DNA from: an uncultured Bacillales bacterium
Lineage (GTDB): Bacteria > Bacillota_I > Bacilli_A > RF39 > UBA660
Assembly (NCBI GenBank): GCA_946412015.1
Contig: CAMKGA010000003.1
Coordinates: 12,932 to 76,931 of the forward strand
DNA length: 64,000 bases
Direction of reading: 5' to 3'
Numbering within the stretch: the stretch's first letter is position 1; the number at the start of each line of letters is the position of its first letter. The notes under the pieces are model-generated. The model searched no databases. It was not told the origin of the DNA and worked only from the letters and a program-made list of their open reading frames with translations. The position numbers and the translations under genes are program-made. This document shows, one piece after another, positions 41,067 through 49,954 of the stretch.

Positions 41067-41144
41067 AATAATCTCCTTTCTTCTTAATAAGCTTAAACCT
41101 AGTATAATGCGGAGTACATCAAACCAAGATTAAGTAGCAAATAT

Positions 41145-41173
41145 AATATACTATAAATTTAATTATTTTGCAA
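41145..41173 (-). promoter_or_regulatory. sigma-A-type promoter of rpsO
   Basis: Minus strand TTGCAA (41168-41173), 17 nt spacer, TATATT (41145-41150), about 75 nt upstream of the rpsO ATG. Confidence 0.55.
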
Positions 41174-41181
41174 GCATTTTT

Positions 41182-41277
41182 TTAACTTTCTATATCTAAA
41201 CTATCTAAATCAAAATATTCATTTAATTCTTCATTTACATCATTCTTTGTTTTCTCATCATTTGTCTTATCGTGCAT
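41182..41277 (-). CDS. possible 31-aa acidic micro-ORF
   Basis: AGGTGAATT-ATG. Translates to MHDKTNDEKTKNDVNEELNEYFDLDSLDIES. No homology recognised and it could be non-coding. Confidence 0.25.
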   Translation of the reverse strand: MHDKTNDEKTKNDVNEELNEYFDLDSLDIES

Positions 41278-41319
41278 AATTCACCTACTTTCAAAACCTT
41301 ATTTCAACCTATAAAATTT

Positions 41320-41898
41320 TTAATTACTTATTTGTAATAGTACTTGATGATGAACACTTGCGCTTCCTTTTTTTATGTATTTAATATCCTCCGCACCACC
41401 TATGATTAGTGCTGGGGTGAAGAAAAATATTTCATTATATTCTAAAGAGCCCAACTGGCTTACTGCAACATTATATAAGTTTTCTCTTAGGACATTCTTT
41501 TTTATTTCACTATCAATAATATAATCATTAAAAAAATCTTGGTATGAATAAGCACACACATCTATTTGTCTATAATGAATATCTAATAATGATATATCAT
41601 TTTCATTATCTTCCAGCTTTCTATAATAAAATATATCTCCAAAAGCACTCATCATTATCGGTATCTTATTAAAATCTTTTTCTCCTAACCAAGTGTATAA
41701 ACTATTCATATAATCTCTTGGATCAACAATTTTAATAATTCCATTACCATAGTTTCCGAATCCATAATTTTCCCATAGATATACTATTTCTTTAGGAAGC
41801 ATTTTTTTTGCAAATTCTAATATTTCATTATCTGGTTTTTTTAAATTATCTCCTGGTTTGTAATTTTCAATAAACTTTTTAACTAAATCTATATTCAT
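41320..41898 (-). CDS. GAD-like + DUF1851 (Tdi1-like) polymorphic-toxin immunity-type protein
   Basis: YLWENYGFGNYGNGIIKIVDPRDY...IPIMMSAFGDIFYYRK, with a C-terminal region FFTPALIIGGAEDIKYIKKGS, as in T6SS/Tdi1-type immunity proteins. Confidence 0.7.
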   Translation of the reverse strand: MNIDLVKKFIENYKPGDNLKKPDNEILEFAKKMLPKEIVYLWENYGFGNYGNGIIKIVDPRDYMNSLYTWLGEKDFNKIPIMMSAFGDIFYYRKLEDNENDISLLDIHYRQIDVCAYSYQDFFNDYIIDSEIKKNVLRENLYNVAVSQLGSLEYNEIFFFTPALIIGGAEDIKYIKKGSASVHHQVLLQISN

Positions 41899-41908
41899 AA
41901 TTCCTCCA

Positions 41909-42790
41909 TTAACTTTTATGCATATCTAAAAACGACTGTTTATGAAGTTCAAAAAGATTTTCATCTAAATTAACCATCTCTATACTAGTACCTTGTATTG
42001 CAAAATAATAAATTTTATCCATTTTTTTTATTTTAAATAATCCCTCATAGCCATGGCCTTCAATCAAATAAAGATATCCATATTCACAGCCTATACCATT
42101 ATAATCAGATATAATATTATTTGATACTAACAAATTAATTGCCATATTAGCAAATTTCTCTTTTTCCTGATTATTATTAATTAAATTTTGTTCCTGCCTT
42201 ATATTATTATTTACTTGTTCAGAATTAGTTACTACTTGCTGATTATTATTTAAAGCCTGTCCATTATTTACACCTTGTTCTATTTTACCGTTTTTACATT
42301 TATCCATAAATCTAGAAAAATTTCCTTCTTGATATGGAATTGATTTTTCAACTACACGAGCTAATTGATGTAAAACCATACCATCTTTTAGTTTAATTTT
42401 TACCTTTTTAGTCTTCTTATTTAAGAAACTAAAATTCTTAATAATAATTGAATCAATATTTTCATTTGCAACAAAAACAAATCTATCCAATAGTGGTTCC
42501 ATATTATCAATTTTAAGTGTTAATTGAATTTTCTTACTCTTTAATGGTATTATACCTAATCCCGTTTCTGTTAGATTAATAAGCATACCATCAAAACCTT
42601 GTATACCTTCAAGCATACCATTTGAAAATGAAGCTGCTGCACCAACTACTCCACCAACTGCGCCTAGTGCTCCATATTTAAATCCCTCTCTATTAGTATT
42701 TTTAAATGTTACAAAAATACAATTTTCATTTCCTATACAATCTAAACTTTTAAATATCTCCATTGCTCCTTCAAGCGTTTTAAAATTCAT
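41909..42790 (-). CDS. hypothetical protein (immunity-island member)
   Basis: 293-aa ORF with Gly-rich patch YGALGAVGGVVGAAASF and an N/Q-rich linker. No family recognised. Confidence 0.6.
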   Translation of the reverse strand: MNFKTLEGAMEIFKSLDCIGNENCIFVTFKNTNREGFKYGALGAVGGVVGAAASFSNGMLEGIQGFDGMLINLTETGLGIIPLKSKKIQLTLKIDNMEPLLDRFVFVANENIDSIIIKNFSFLNKKTKKVKIKLKDGMVLHQLARVVEKSIPYQEGNFSRFMDKCKNGKIEQGVNNGQALNNNQQVVTNSEQVNNNIRQEQNLINNNQEKEKFANMAINLLVSNNIISDYNGIGCEYGYLYLIEGHGYEGLFKIKKMDKIYYFAIQGTSIEMVNLDENLFELHKQSFLDMHKS

Positions 42791-42806
42791 AATTATCCTA
42801 CCTTTT

Positions 42807-43301
42807 CTAAAAAGCTATATCTTTATAACCTATTTTTTTAATTTCTTCATTAATTATTTGTACACCTATACCATTATCATCTATATCTTCTCCATATTTT
42901 TTACTAAATGTAAGATACACACATCTACCTGAATATACATCATCCATCATACTTGCATAAGGAATAATAATTCCATCTAATTCAATTTGTTTTTCCATTT
43001 CACTTGTAGTATTAATCTCTGGCCACCATCTATCAAACTCTTCTTTATCATCTGGCCCATAAGAACCTTTTTCTTCATCATTATAATAATCCAAAACTTT
43101 TTCGATAACATCGAGTTGTATTTTATCCCAATTTTCAATAAGTTTATTATAACTTTCATACTGTATATCATCTATCTTATCATCTTCAGTCTGAATAATT
43201 AAAATTGGCTTTACAGTTGTTCCTAAAAAATCAACTACAATTTCTCCTTGAAATCCTTCATCTTCAACATATTCTAATTTATTTAAATCTATTTCACTCA
43301 T
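42807..43301 (-). CDS. hypothetical acidic protein (immunity-island member)
   Basis: 164-aa ORF: FQGEIVVDFLG...YESYNKLIENWDKIQ...WWPEINT. Resembles small immunity-type domains, but the family is not confidently recalled. Confidence 0.55.
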   Translation of the reverse strand: MSEIDLNKLEYVEDEGFQGEIVVDFLGTTVKPILIIQTEDDKIDDIQYESYNKLIENWDKIQLDVIEKVLDYYNDEEKGSYGPDDKEEFDRWWPEINTTSEMEKQIELDGIIIPYASMMDDVYSGRCVYLTFSKKYGEDIDDNGIGVQIINEEIKKIGYKDIAF

Positions 43302-43330
43302 TTTTTTTCACCTTTATTTTACATAAACAC

Positions 43331-43918
43331 TTATCTATTCTGCATTGATTTAAAGTTTATGTTAAATCTTATTAATTCATCTATTGGAACTATTTTTCTA
43401 TCTCTTTTTTCTATATCATAACTTGATTGTAATAATGGATAAAAATGATATCCTTCTGTTAGTTTTAAACTCTTACAATCTTCTTTCCAATTATTCCATC
43501 TATATAATTCATAAAATTTACTAACATCATCTATTTTATTAATTAACCAATCTATAAATTGTGTATAATATACTTCTAAATTCTCCCATTCATTAGTATC
43601 TGGAGCAAAATAATATACATAACCATCTTTTAATCCAAACAAGCCACCTAATATATCTTCTCCAATTAATATATCAACACTTTTTGAACTATTATAGTTA
43701 TCATTTTTTAAAGTAACATTTAACTCTCCACATCCATACAATCTAATCCAATTATCTACTACTATTCCACCACATCTTATAAATTGTTCATAAAAGAATT
43801 TGTCTTTATATTGTGAATATTTTTTTTCAAATTCCTCTTTTACTTTATTATCTACATTTTCAATTATAAATATATTATCTTTATTTTTAATATCTTCAAA
43901 AAATAAATCCGTTTTCAT
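43331..43918 (-). CDS. DUF2625-family protein (immunity-island member)
   Basis: GGIVVDNWIRLYGCG...ILGGLFGLKDGYVYYFAPDTNEWENLEVYYTQFIDWL...FYELYRWNNW...YHFYPLL matches my memory of the DUF2625 consensus (GWLRILGSG...VYYFAPDTLEWE...). Confidence 0.75.
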   Translation of the reverse strand: MKTDLFFEDIKNKDNIFIIENVDNKVKEEFEKKYSQYKDKFFYEQFIRCGGIVVDNWIRLYGCGELNVTLKNDNYNSSKSVDILIGEDILGGLFGLKDGYVYYFAPDTNEWENLEVYYTQFIDWLINKIDDVSKFYELYRWNNWKEDCKSLKLTEGYHFYPLLQSSYDIEKRDRKIVPIDELIRFNINFKSMQNR

Positions 43919-43970
43919 GTATCCACCTTCTATTACAAACTATATTTATTATAATTCATTATTCTCCAAT

Positions 43971-44309
43971 TTATTTCATTTTAATAATTTCAAATTCTAT
44001 CCTTATAGGAAATTTATTATTTTTTATCCATTCTGAATATTTTTCTACAAAACTATAGAATTCTTGCTTTGGTTTGTTTGCTAAATTTATTTTGATCATA
44101 AATTCAGAATATTCTTTATTATTTGTAGCTTGTTTATATCCACCGTTCATTATATATGTTACATAGTTATTTAGTTTTTCTTGTAACAAATATAAATGTT
44201 CTTCTATGTGATGGTCCCATTGTACAGCATCACTGATACCTAAACATAATAAATTAGTATTATCTTTAAATGTTGTTAATAAGTCAACTTTATTCACATC
44301 TTGTAACAT
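43971..44309 (-). CDS. small immunity-type protein sharing an N-terminal module with 45849-46799 and pseudogene 44683-44963
   Basis: VDLLTTFKDNTNLLCLGISDAVQWDHHIEEHLYLLQEKLNNYVTYI parallels IDIAYTEDNKYILAIFDHLEWNFATRQEHAYILQDKINDYLDYI. Confidence 0.65.
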   Translation of the reverse strand: MLQDVNKVDLLTTFKDNTNLLCLGISDAVQWDHHIEEHLYLLQEKLNNYVTYIMNGGYKQATNNKEYSEFMIKINLANKPKQEFYSFVEKYSEWIKNNKFPIRIEFEIIKMK

Positions 44310-44640
44310 TATTCATGCCTCCTCTGACATAAAAATTCATATGCATATTCTTCAATACTTTCAATTAAATTATCATTTTCATCGAATAATTCATATTGAA
44401 TTTGTACATCACCTAATGATTTTTCTTCATCTGATTCTAATAATACTGTATAAAACTGTTTCATTAATAACTGAATCAATTAATTCTTTAGCTTCATCAG
44501 TTGAAATACCTTTAGAAACTAATTTTTTATTTGTTCTCCTACATATGTTTCTTTGACTTTGTCAAAATATATTTTTTGCATATTTTCTTTAGATAGCATT
44601 TTTTTGCAAATTCTTCAGCAGTCATATATTTCCTATAATT
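44310..44640 (-). pseudogene. decayed ORF (multiple frameshifts)
   Basis: Minus-strand fragments lie in different frames: MQKIYFDKVKETYVGEQIKN*, then VSKGISTDEAKELIDSVINETVLYSIIRIR*, then QFYTVLLESDEEKSLGDVQIQYELFDENDNLIESIEEYAYEFLCQRRHE*. No single frame is open. Confidence 0.5.
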
Positions 44641-44682
44641 AATCTATATTCATTATTTTATTGTTCCATAGTCAACCACTAT

Positions 44683-44963
44683 TTAATATCTTTTTACATT
44701 ATCATCATATTTATATAACATCCATGCCATATTATAACCATATTCCTTAAGCAATTCTTTAAACTTTTTCAAATACTTTTCATCTAACTGTCCAGAATAT
44801 AGATATCCAACATAACTATCTATTTTTGCAGTTAAAATTTTTCAATGCTCTTCTAAAAAATCTTACTCCCAATTTAAATGATCTAATATTTCTAGAACTA
44901 TTTCATTATCTTCAATATACATTAAATCTATTAATCTATTTTATCTAATTGATCAACTGCCAT
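44683..44963 (-). pseudogene. pseudogene of the DHL(E/N)W-module immunity-type family (1 frameshift + in-frame TAA and TGA)
   Basis: MAVDQLDKID, a frameshift, then LIDLMYIEDNEIVLEILDHLNWE*DFLEEH*KILTAKIDSYVGYLYSGQLDEKYLKKFKELLKEYGYNMAWMLYKYDDNVKRY*. Length is 281 nt, not a multiple of 3. Confidence 0.65.
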
Positions 44964-44977
44964 AATAACTATCCTTT

Positions 44978-45637
44978 CTAAAATACTGACTTTCTATTGT
45001 AATTTGTTATATCACTACCAATTTTCTCATACAGTGATTTAACATCAATATTTTTATCCTTTACAGCTAATAATTCATCATTTGTAACCCCAATAAATTC
45101 TACAAATATTAATTTACCATTTGGAGTATCTATTGGATTAAAATCAGTATCTGGTATTGTTATAAAACCTGTGATATTAGACTTCATTTTTGCATCAATT
45201 CCTTGAGTTTGCCCAGTGTATAAAAATTCATAAGGCTTAAATATTTCTCCTTTTGTAAAAGTAAGTCTCGCAATTGATTGCAAAATATTACAAATGCATT
45301 TTATTTCATCCTCTTCATTTTCATAATTATCTTTCTTAAGTTTAAAAGTAAATTCCATACCATAACCACTTATATCTTTATTTTCACTTTCTTTTTCATA
45401 CAATTCAGAAAGACCATATGTTACAAAATGAAAGTAATCTCCACCATCATAAATACTTATTCCATCTAACGGATCATTACCACCAAAATTCCACTTTATT
45501 AATGTTCCAAAGTGTTGTGGATTTTGACCTTTATATCTTCTTTCACATTCTTTAGTAATTGCATCCCAACCTAACATATTATTTTCATTTACCTCTTTAT
45601 TATTTTTATCTTTTTTAAATTTATCAAATATTCCCAT
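44978..45637 (-). CDS. SUFU-like (suppressor-of-fused family) immunity-type protein
   Basis: GWDAITKECERRYKGQNPQHFGTLIKWNFGGNDPLDGISIYDGGDYFHFVTYGLSELYEKESENKDISGYGMEFTFKL is the bacterial SUFU-domain consensus as I recall it. Confidence 0.8.
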   Translation of the reverse strand: MGIFDKFKKDKNNKEVNENNMLGWDAITKECERRYKGQNPQHFGTLIKWNFGGNDPLDGISIYDGGDYFHFVTYGLSELYEKESENKDISGYGMEFTFKLKKDNYENEEDEIKCICNILQSIARLTFTKGEIFKPYEFLYTGQTQGIDAKMKSNITGFITIPDTDFNPIDTPNGKLIFVEFIGVTNDELLAVKDKNIDVKSLYEKIGSDITNYNRKSVF

Positions 45638-45669
45638 ATTAATATTTCTCCAATCTTAATCAATTGTTT

Positions 45670-45848
45670 CTATTTTTTCCAATGATTATTAATTATTTCA
45701 ATAAGTTCTATTACTTGTTATAGTTTTAATTCCTTAAATTAGGACATTATCTATAGCATTTGGATAGTCAAATGATTCTTTACCTTCTGTATATAATAAT
45801 CTATTATCATCTATTAAATAAATTTATAACTCATAAACTTCTCCACTA
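45670..45848 (-). pseudogene. degraded 3' fragment of a paralog of gene 47608-48699
   Basis: Ends with IELIEIINNHWKK* (the intact gene ends KLIEIINNHWKNREK*). Upstream frames are broken by stops. The DNA at 45669-45710 matches 47615-47655. Confidence 0.55.
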
Positions 45849-46799
45849 CTACAGACTATATTTACTACTTACACTTATCTTTTTACTTTCTCTTGAATAA
45901 ACGAATATATCTTTGCAAAATATAAGATTAGAATTTTCTTTTATGTTCCTGTTAAAATTATCTCTTGATTTATTAATCATTTTATTTCTTAATTTTTTAT
46001 CGTTTAATTTTGTAAAGAATACTAAATCTTTAGTAGGGATACTAATGATAATGTCATCATCTAATTGTTTTGCCAAATCATCCCATATTCCTAATAAGAT
46101 GCTTTCCGCTTCAAAATCTCCACCAGCCATGATTCCGAAAATTCCTGGCTCATTTAATTCAATCCATCTAAATTGTATATTTTTAATTAAATTATTGAAT
46201 GCAATTTCTTGTAATTTTTCTGGTGTCATATTTTTTGGCATCATATCATATGTAAAATACCCAAATTTATCCCCTAAATCTACCATTATTAACCCTATAA
46301 AACTATCCCAATATCTAAATAAAACTAAATTATCTGGATAATCTGGTTGGTTATTATCTATATTCATTAATGAAACTTCTTTCAATGGTTTCTTTGAATA
46401 ATTCTTTTTTATTCTTGGATAGATTTTATCAGGTTCAAAGACATAATCATCACTAAAACCATCATCAAATGGTCCTTCATCTTCTGAGTGTGTCCATTCG
46501 ATATCACAAATATCATCTTTTTCTTTTATAAATTTTTTTATTCTTTCAAGAAATTCAATACAATACTTACTATATGGATATTTTGCAATTATTCTTATAA
46601 CTGGACGTAAACCTGGCTTTGCTTTCTCGGCTTGCTCACTTGTAATATAATCTAGATAATCATTTATTTTATCTTGTAAAATATATGCATGTTCTTGTCT
46701 TGTAGCAAAGTTCCATTCTAAATGATCAAATATCGCTAATATATATTTATTATCTTCTGTATATGCAATATCAATTTTATTTCTATCTACTACTGTCAT
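45849..46799 (-). CDS. immunity-island protein (316 aa) with DHLEW N-terminal module
   Basis: MTVVDRNKIDIAYTEDNKYILAIFDHLEWNFATRQEHAYILQDKINDYLDYI. The C-terminal domain was not recognised. Confidence 0.65.
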   Translation of the reverse strand: MTVVDRNKIDIAYTEDNKYILAIFDHLEWNFATRQEHAYILQDKINDYLDYITSEQAEKAKPGLRPVIRIIAKYPYSKYCIEFLERIKKFIKEKDDICDIEWTHSEDEGPFDDGFSDDYVFEPDKIYPRIKKNYSKKPLKEVSLMNIDNNQPDYPDNLVLFRYWDSFIGLIMVDLGDKFGYFTYDMMPKNMTPEKLQEIAFNNLIKNIQFRWIELNEPGIFGIMAGGDFEAESILLGIWDDLAKQLDDDIIISIPTKDLVFFTKLNDKKLRNKMINKSRDNFNRNIKENSNLIFCKDIFVYSRESKKISVSSKYSL

Positions 46800-46865
46800 T
46801 ATTTCTCCCCTCTTAATTATTTTTCTCTATTTTTCCAATGATTATTAATAATTTCAATAAGTTCT
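46760..46865. repeat. ~105-bp duplicated gene junction, copy 1
   Basis: TATATGCAATATCAATTTTATTTCTATCTACTACTGTCATTATTTCTCCCCTCTTAATTATTTTTCTCTATTTTTCCAATGATTATTAATAATTTCAATAAGTTCT. Differs at 3 positions from 47551-47655. Confidence 0.85.
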
Positions 46866-46900
46866 AGTTTTAATTTTTTAATCGAAGACATTATCATAGA
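46817..46900 (-). pseudogene. 3' fragment of a paralog of gene 47608-48699
   Basis: Reads ...SSIKKLKLELIEIINNHWKNREK* with a stop (TGA) about 30 codons upstream. Only the C-terminal ~12 aa match the intact gene. Confidence 0.55.
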
Positions 46901-46938
46901 ATAATCATATTGTCATTTTTTTATTTTATCCAACATAT

Positions 46939-47481
46939 TTATTCTACTTTCACAGCATTATTAATATCTAATGTTATTGTCCAATAAACATCCATATCAA
47001 TTTCTTCTAAATTATCAAGTTCATCTTTACCTCCTAAAGATAAAGGAACTTTAAATCCAACACATTCACCATACTTTATTATTTTATTGTTATTCTTCTC
47101 TAACCATTGATGAAAATAATTTGATGAAAATATACCGTCAGTATTATTTACAATTTCTTCATGAAATTTAACAATATCCATATCAGTAGCGTAACATTCG
47201 TGTTCTTCAGGATCAAACATAATTATCATCTTTGAATTGTTTTCAATAGCATAAATTTTTCCTATCCAATCATATGAAAATACTGAAAAACCACCTTTAT
47301 AATTTGAAAAATACTCACCGACAATACCGTTCCATTTTTCAATATCTTCTTTCTTAAATATGGTATATAATCCATTTAAGAAAGATTTCCCTGATGTATT
47401 TTCAAGAAATTCATCAATAGAATTACATTTTACACCATTATCATAATTAACATATTTTAAAAATTTATCAAACAAATTCAT
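46939..47481 (-). CDS. DUF1851 (Tdi1 C-terminal-like) immunity-type protein
   Basis: GGFSVFSYDWIGKIYAIE...FDPEEHECYATDMDIVKFHEE...GFKVPLSLGGKDELDNLEEIDMDVYW, typical of DUF1851. Confidence 0.75.
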   Translation of the reverse strand: MNLFDKFLKYVNYDNGVKCNSIDEFLENTSGKSFLNGLYTIFKKEDIEKWNGIVGEYFSNYKGGFSVFSYDWIGKIYAIENNSKMIIMFDPEEHECYATDMDIVKFHEEIVNNTDGIFSSNYFHQWLEKNNNKIIKYGECVGFKVPLSLGGKDELDNLEEIDMDVYWTITLDINNAVKVE

Positions 47482-47590
47482 TCCTCCTATTATATTGTAT
47501 CTTGCTTTTAATTATTTTACTTGTTGTAAAATGGATACAAGTACTTTTTTTATATGCAATATCATTTTTATTTCTATCTACTACTGTCAT
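47468..47590 (-). pseudogene. 5' fragment (first ~13 codons) of a paralog of gene 45849-46799, reading through into unrelated sequence
   Basis: MTVVDRNKNDIAYKKSTCIHFTT... compared with MTVVDRNKIDIAYTEDN... in the intact gene. Overlaps the RBS and start of 46939-47481. Confidence 0.6.
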
Positions 47591-47655
47591 TATTTCTCCC
47601 CTCTTAATTATTTTTCTCTATTTTTCCAATGATTATTAATTATTTCAATAAGTTT
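47551..47655. repeat. ~105-bp duplicated gene junction, copy 2
   Basis: Near-identical to 46760-46865. Spans the 3' end of 47608-48699, the intergenic RBS and the first codons of an MTVVDRNK... gene. Confidence 0.85.
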
Positions 47656-48699
47656 TATTGCTTGATTCTTATAATTATCCTTTACCTCTTCAAATTCACT
47701 AAATGTATTACCGCTATTTCTAGAAGTAATTTTATCCTTTTCATATCCCCCTGATACACCTAGCATGTACTCTTTAACTCTAAAACTATTACTTTTAAAC
47801 CTGTAAATATAATAGATAAGCCCATCATACTCTAATTTATCAATAAGTTCTATATTATCTGGTTTATTTCCTAATTCAGTTGGATACATAAGCCAATCAA
47901 TCATTTGTGATTTTGCAATATCTTCCTGTGTTATTTTATCAAGGGATATTTTATTAAGTACATTTGCATTTTCAAATATAGAAATTACTCTATATAAGTT
48001 TTTTTCACTTTTTAAAAGTTCATCTATTTCATTTGAATTAACGTCTAAATTATTAACTAATTTGTATTTTGCAATAAATAATTTACATTCAAAGTTTAAA
48101 TTAAGTTTCGATAATTCTTTTATTAGTTCATCTATTCTTTTATCATCCAAATGTATTGATAAATCTATAATTATTTCTAAATCTGCATAAACTGAATCAT
48201 CTATTGCTTCATTATTCTTTATATAATTAATAATATCTGTTAATTTTCTAACTGTATTATTAGCTATATTATCTTTCTCATCATCATTAAACATTTTAAA
48301 CTCAGGATCATTATTTAATATAATAAGTGCCATACAATTAGCAATACCATTGTCAACATGTTCATATACTGTTATTAATGTGTGTTTTAATGTTTTAAAT
48401 TTTTCTTTAAACAGAGGATACTCTTCTAAATTAGGTATAAATGGTAAATATTCACAAGTAGATTCAATTAACATACAACATAGCATAAACTTAAATTTAT
48501 CATCAGATTTATATAATTCTTCAATTACATATGGTAACTTTTCAAAATCAAGATCATCTATTTCATCACTAAAAATATCATCTATCCATAAATCTAAGTT
48601 TTCAGGACTAATATCAATATTGTCAACTATATTTTTTAATTCTTCTTGTGATTCAATATTCAAGTTATTAATCTCTTCCCTTAATTTATCAAAATTCAT
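47608..48699 (-). CDS. immunity-island protein (363 aa), family not recognised
   Basis: ORF with the start moved to the ATG at 48699, immediately after the upstream stop (the track start is a GTG inside GAGGTGG). The C-terminal tail IEIINNHWKNREK recurs in two remnants. Confidence 0.65.
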   Translation of the reverse strand: MNFDKLREEINNLNIESQEELKNIVDNIDISPENLDLWIDDIFSDEIDDLDFEKLPYVIEELYKSDDKFKFMLCCMLIESTCEYLPFIPNLEEYPLFKEKFKTLKHTLITVYEHVDNGIANCMALIILNNDPEFKMFNDDEKDNIANNTVRKLTDIINYIKNNEAIDDSVYADLEIIIDLSIHLDDKRIDELIKELSKLNLNFECKLFIAKYKLVNNLDVNSNEIDELLKSEKNLYRVISIFENANVLNKISLDKITQEDIAKSQMIDWLMYPTELGNKPDNIELIDKLEYDGLIYYIYRFKSNSFRVKEYMLGVSGGYEKDKITSRNSGNTFSEFEEVKDNYKNQAIKLIEIINNHWKNREK

Positions 48700-48701
48700 A
48701 A

Positions 48702-49493
48702 TTAGTTGTTCCACCTCTCAACAAATATTTCTTTATCCTTATTATCTATTTCAAACACATTACTAGATGTCCTAATAATCGTTGTTCCAATATCATATTC
48801 TAAATATTCTTCAATACTAGGCTCTAATAAAATAACATCATATAATCTTATTAAGGCAATGTTATCACTATTGTTTATATAATCATCAGATTCATCACCT
48901 GCAACAAATGACCATCCACTATCTTCATTATTTAATGGTTCTTCTCTATGCATATAACCAATCTTATAGTTATCATCAATAATTCTTTTTGATACATATG
49001 CCATCTTATTTAATAACTCTTTACGCTTCTTTATATTATCATAATAAGATTCGTGACTTTTAAATTCAGAAATCATTTCATTAGTTATTTCAATATCTGT
49101 ATCTATTTTTGATATGTCACCATCAAATATGCGTTTATCATCTGCTTCATTTTTAAGTGCTATAGCTAATTTAAATAATTCATCAGAATTGACATCAATA
49201 GTGTCTTTTATTTCTTTAAAAAGATGTTTACCTCTTTCATCATAAATATATAAATATATGCTACAGTTACTATGAATAATTAATTTCACTGCTCCTAAAT
49301 TATCTTTATCATTATAAAACACCATAAAATTAGATAACTTCTGATTTACATACCAATCAAATTCAGTACCATTGTTACCATTCATATAGTATATTGCACC
49401 ATTATCTTCTAAATCCTTATTTTTTACATTAGGAAGATATTGGTTTATACCGTTATTAATTATTTCTTTTATTTTAAGTATTACTTTATTCAT
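48702..49493 (-). CDS. protein with C-terminal DUF2185/Imm33-like immunity domain
   Basis: YVSKRIIDDNYKIGYMHREEPLNNEDSGWSFVAGDESDDYINNSDNIALIRLYDVILLEPSIEEYL. Confidence 0.7.
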   Translation of the reverse strand: MNKVILKIKEIINNGINQYLPNVKNKDLEDNGAIYYMNGNNGTEFDWYVNQKLSNFMVFYNDKDNLGAVKLIIHSNCSIYLYIYDERGKHLFKEIKDTIDVNSDELFKLAIALKNEADDKRIFDGDISKIDTDIEITNEMISEFKSHESYYDNIKKRKELLNKMAYVSKRIIDDNYKIGYMHREEPLNNEDSGWSFVAGDESDDYINNSDNIALIRLYDVILLEPSIEEYLEYDIGTTIIRTSSNVFEIDNKDKEIFVERWNN

Positions 49494-49513
49494 TTAGCCT
49501 CCCAATTAATATA

Positions 49514-49918
49514 CTACTTATACATAAATAAATTATTAATTATTTCTTCAAATTGACAAGTAGCCATTTTATCAAAATAAAGTACATAACCATTAAATTT
49601 TATTTTACCTTCATTAAATACTACTACTTTATTTAAATTAATTCTAAAATAAGTATTCTTTATAAATAAGAACTTATTTTCTTCTTTTCTACAGTCAACA
49701 ATGTCATCTAAAATATTTATTTTAAAAGTAACAGAACCATTATCTATAAAAATGTTTTTATTAGTCATAGTTAGTTTTGCATCTATTCCAAGATTTTGTT
49801 GTTTTTCTGTACCAAACGTTTTTAATTTAGATGTAAATACTACTTTTTCATCTTCTGTAATCTTAGCATCATATATATTATCTACTTCATTTAATTTATT
49901 AAGATATTCAATATTCAT
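49514..49918 (-). CDS. hypothetical protein (immunity-island member)
   Basis: 134-aa ORF. No motif recognised. Confidence 0.55.
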   Translation of the reverse strand: MNIEYLNKLNEVDNIYDAKITEDEKVVFTSKLKTFGTEKQQNLGIDAKLTMTNKNIFIDNGSVTFKINILDDIVDCRKEENKFLFIKNTYFRINLNKVVVFNEGKIKFNGYVLYFDKMATCQFEEIINNLFMYK

Positions 49919-49954
49919 ATTTTGTTTCTCCTTTTTTTCATTTATAAAACTATT

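Noticed and set aside
42977-43171. 64-aa minus-strand ORF overlapping 42807-43301 in another frame, and similarly 21760-21942.
   Set aside because: Both are alternative-frame ORFs wholly inside longer, better-supported genes, with no RBS.
44683-44963. In-frame TGA in the decayed gene as a hint of genetic code 4 (TGA = Trp).
   Set aside because: TGA clearly terminates intact genes here (e.g. the stop of 55574-55861). Trp is encoded by TGG in conserved motifs. The same pseudogene also has an in-frame TAA and a frameshift.
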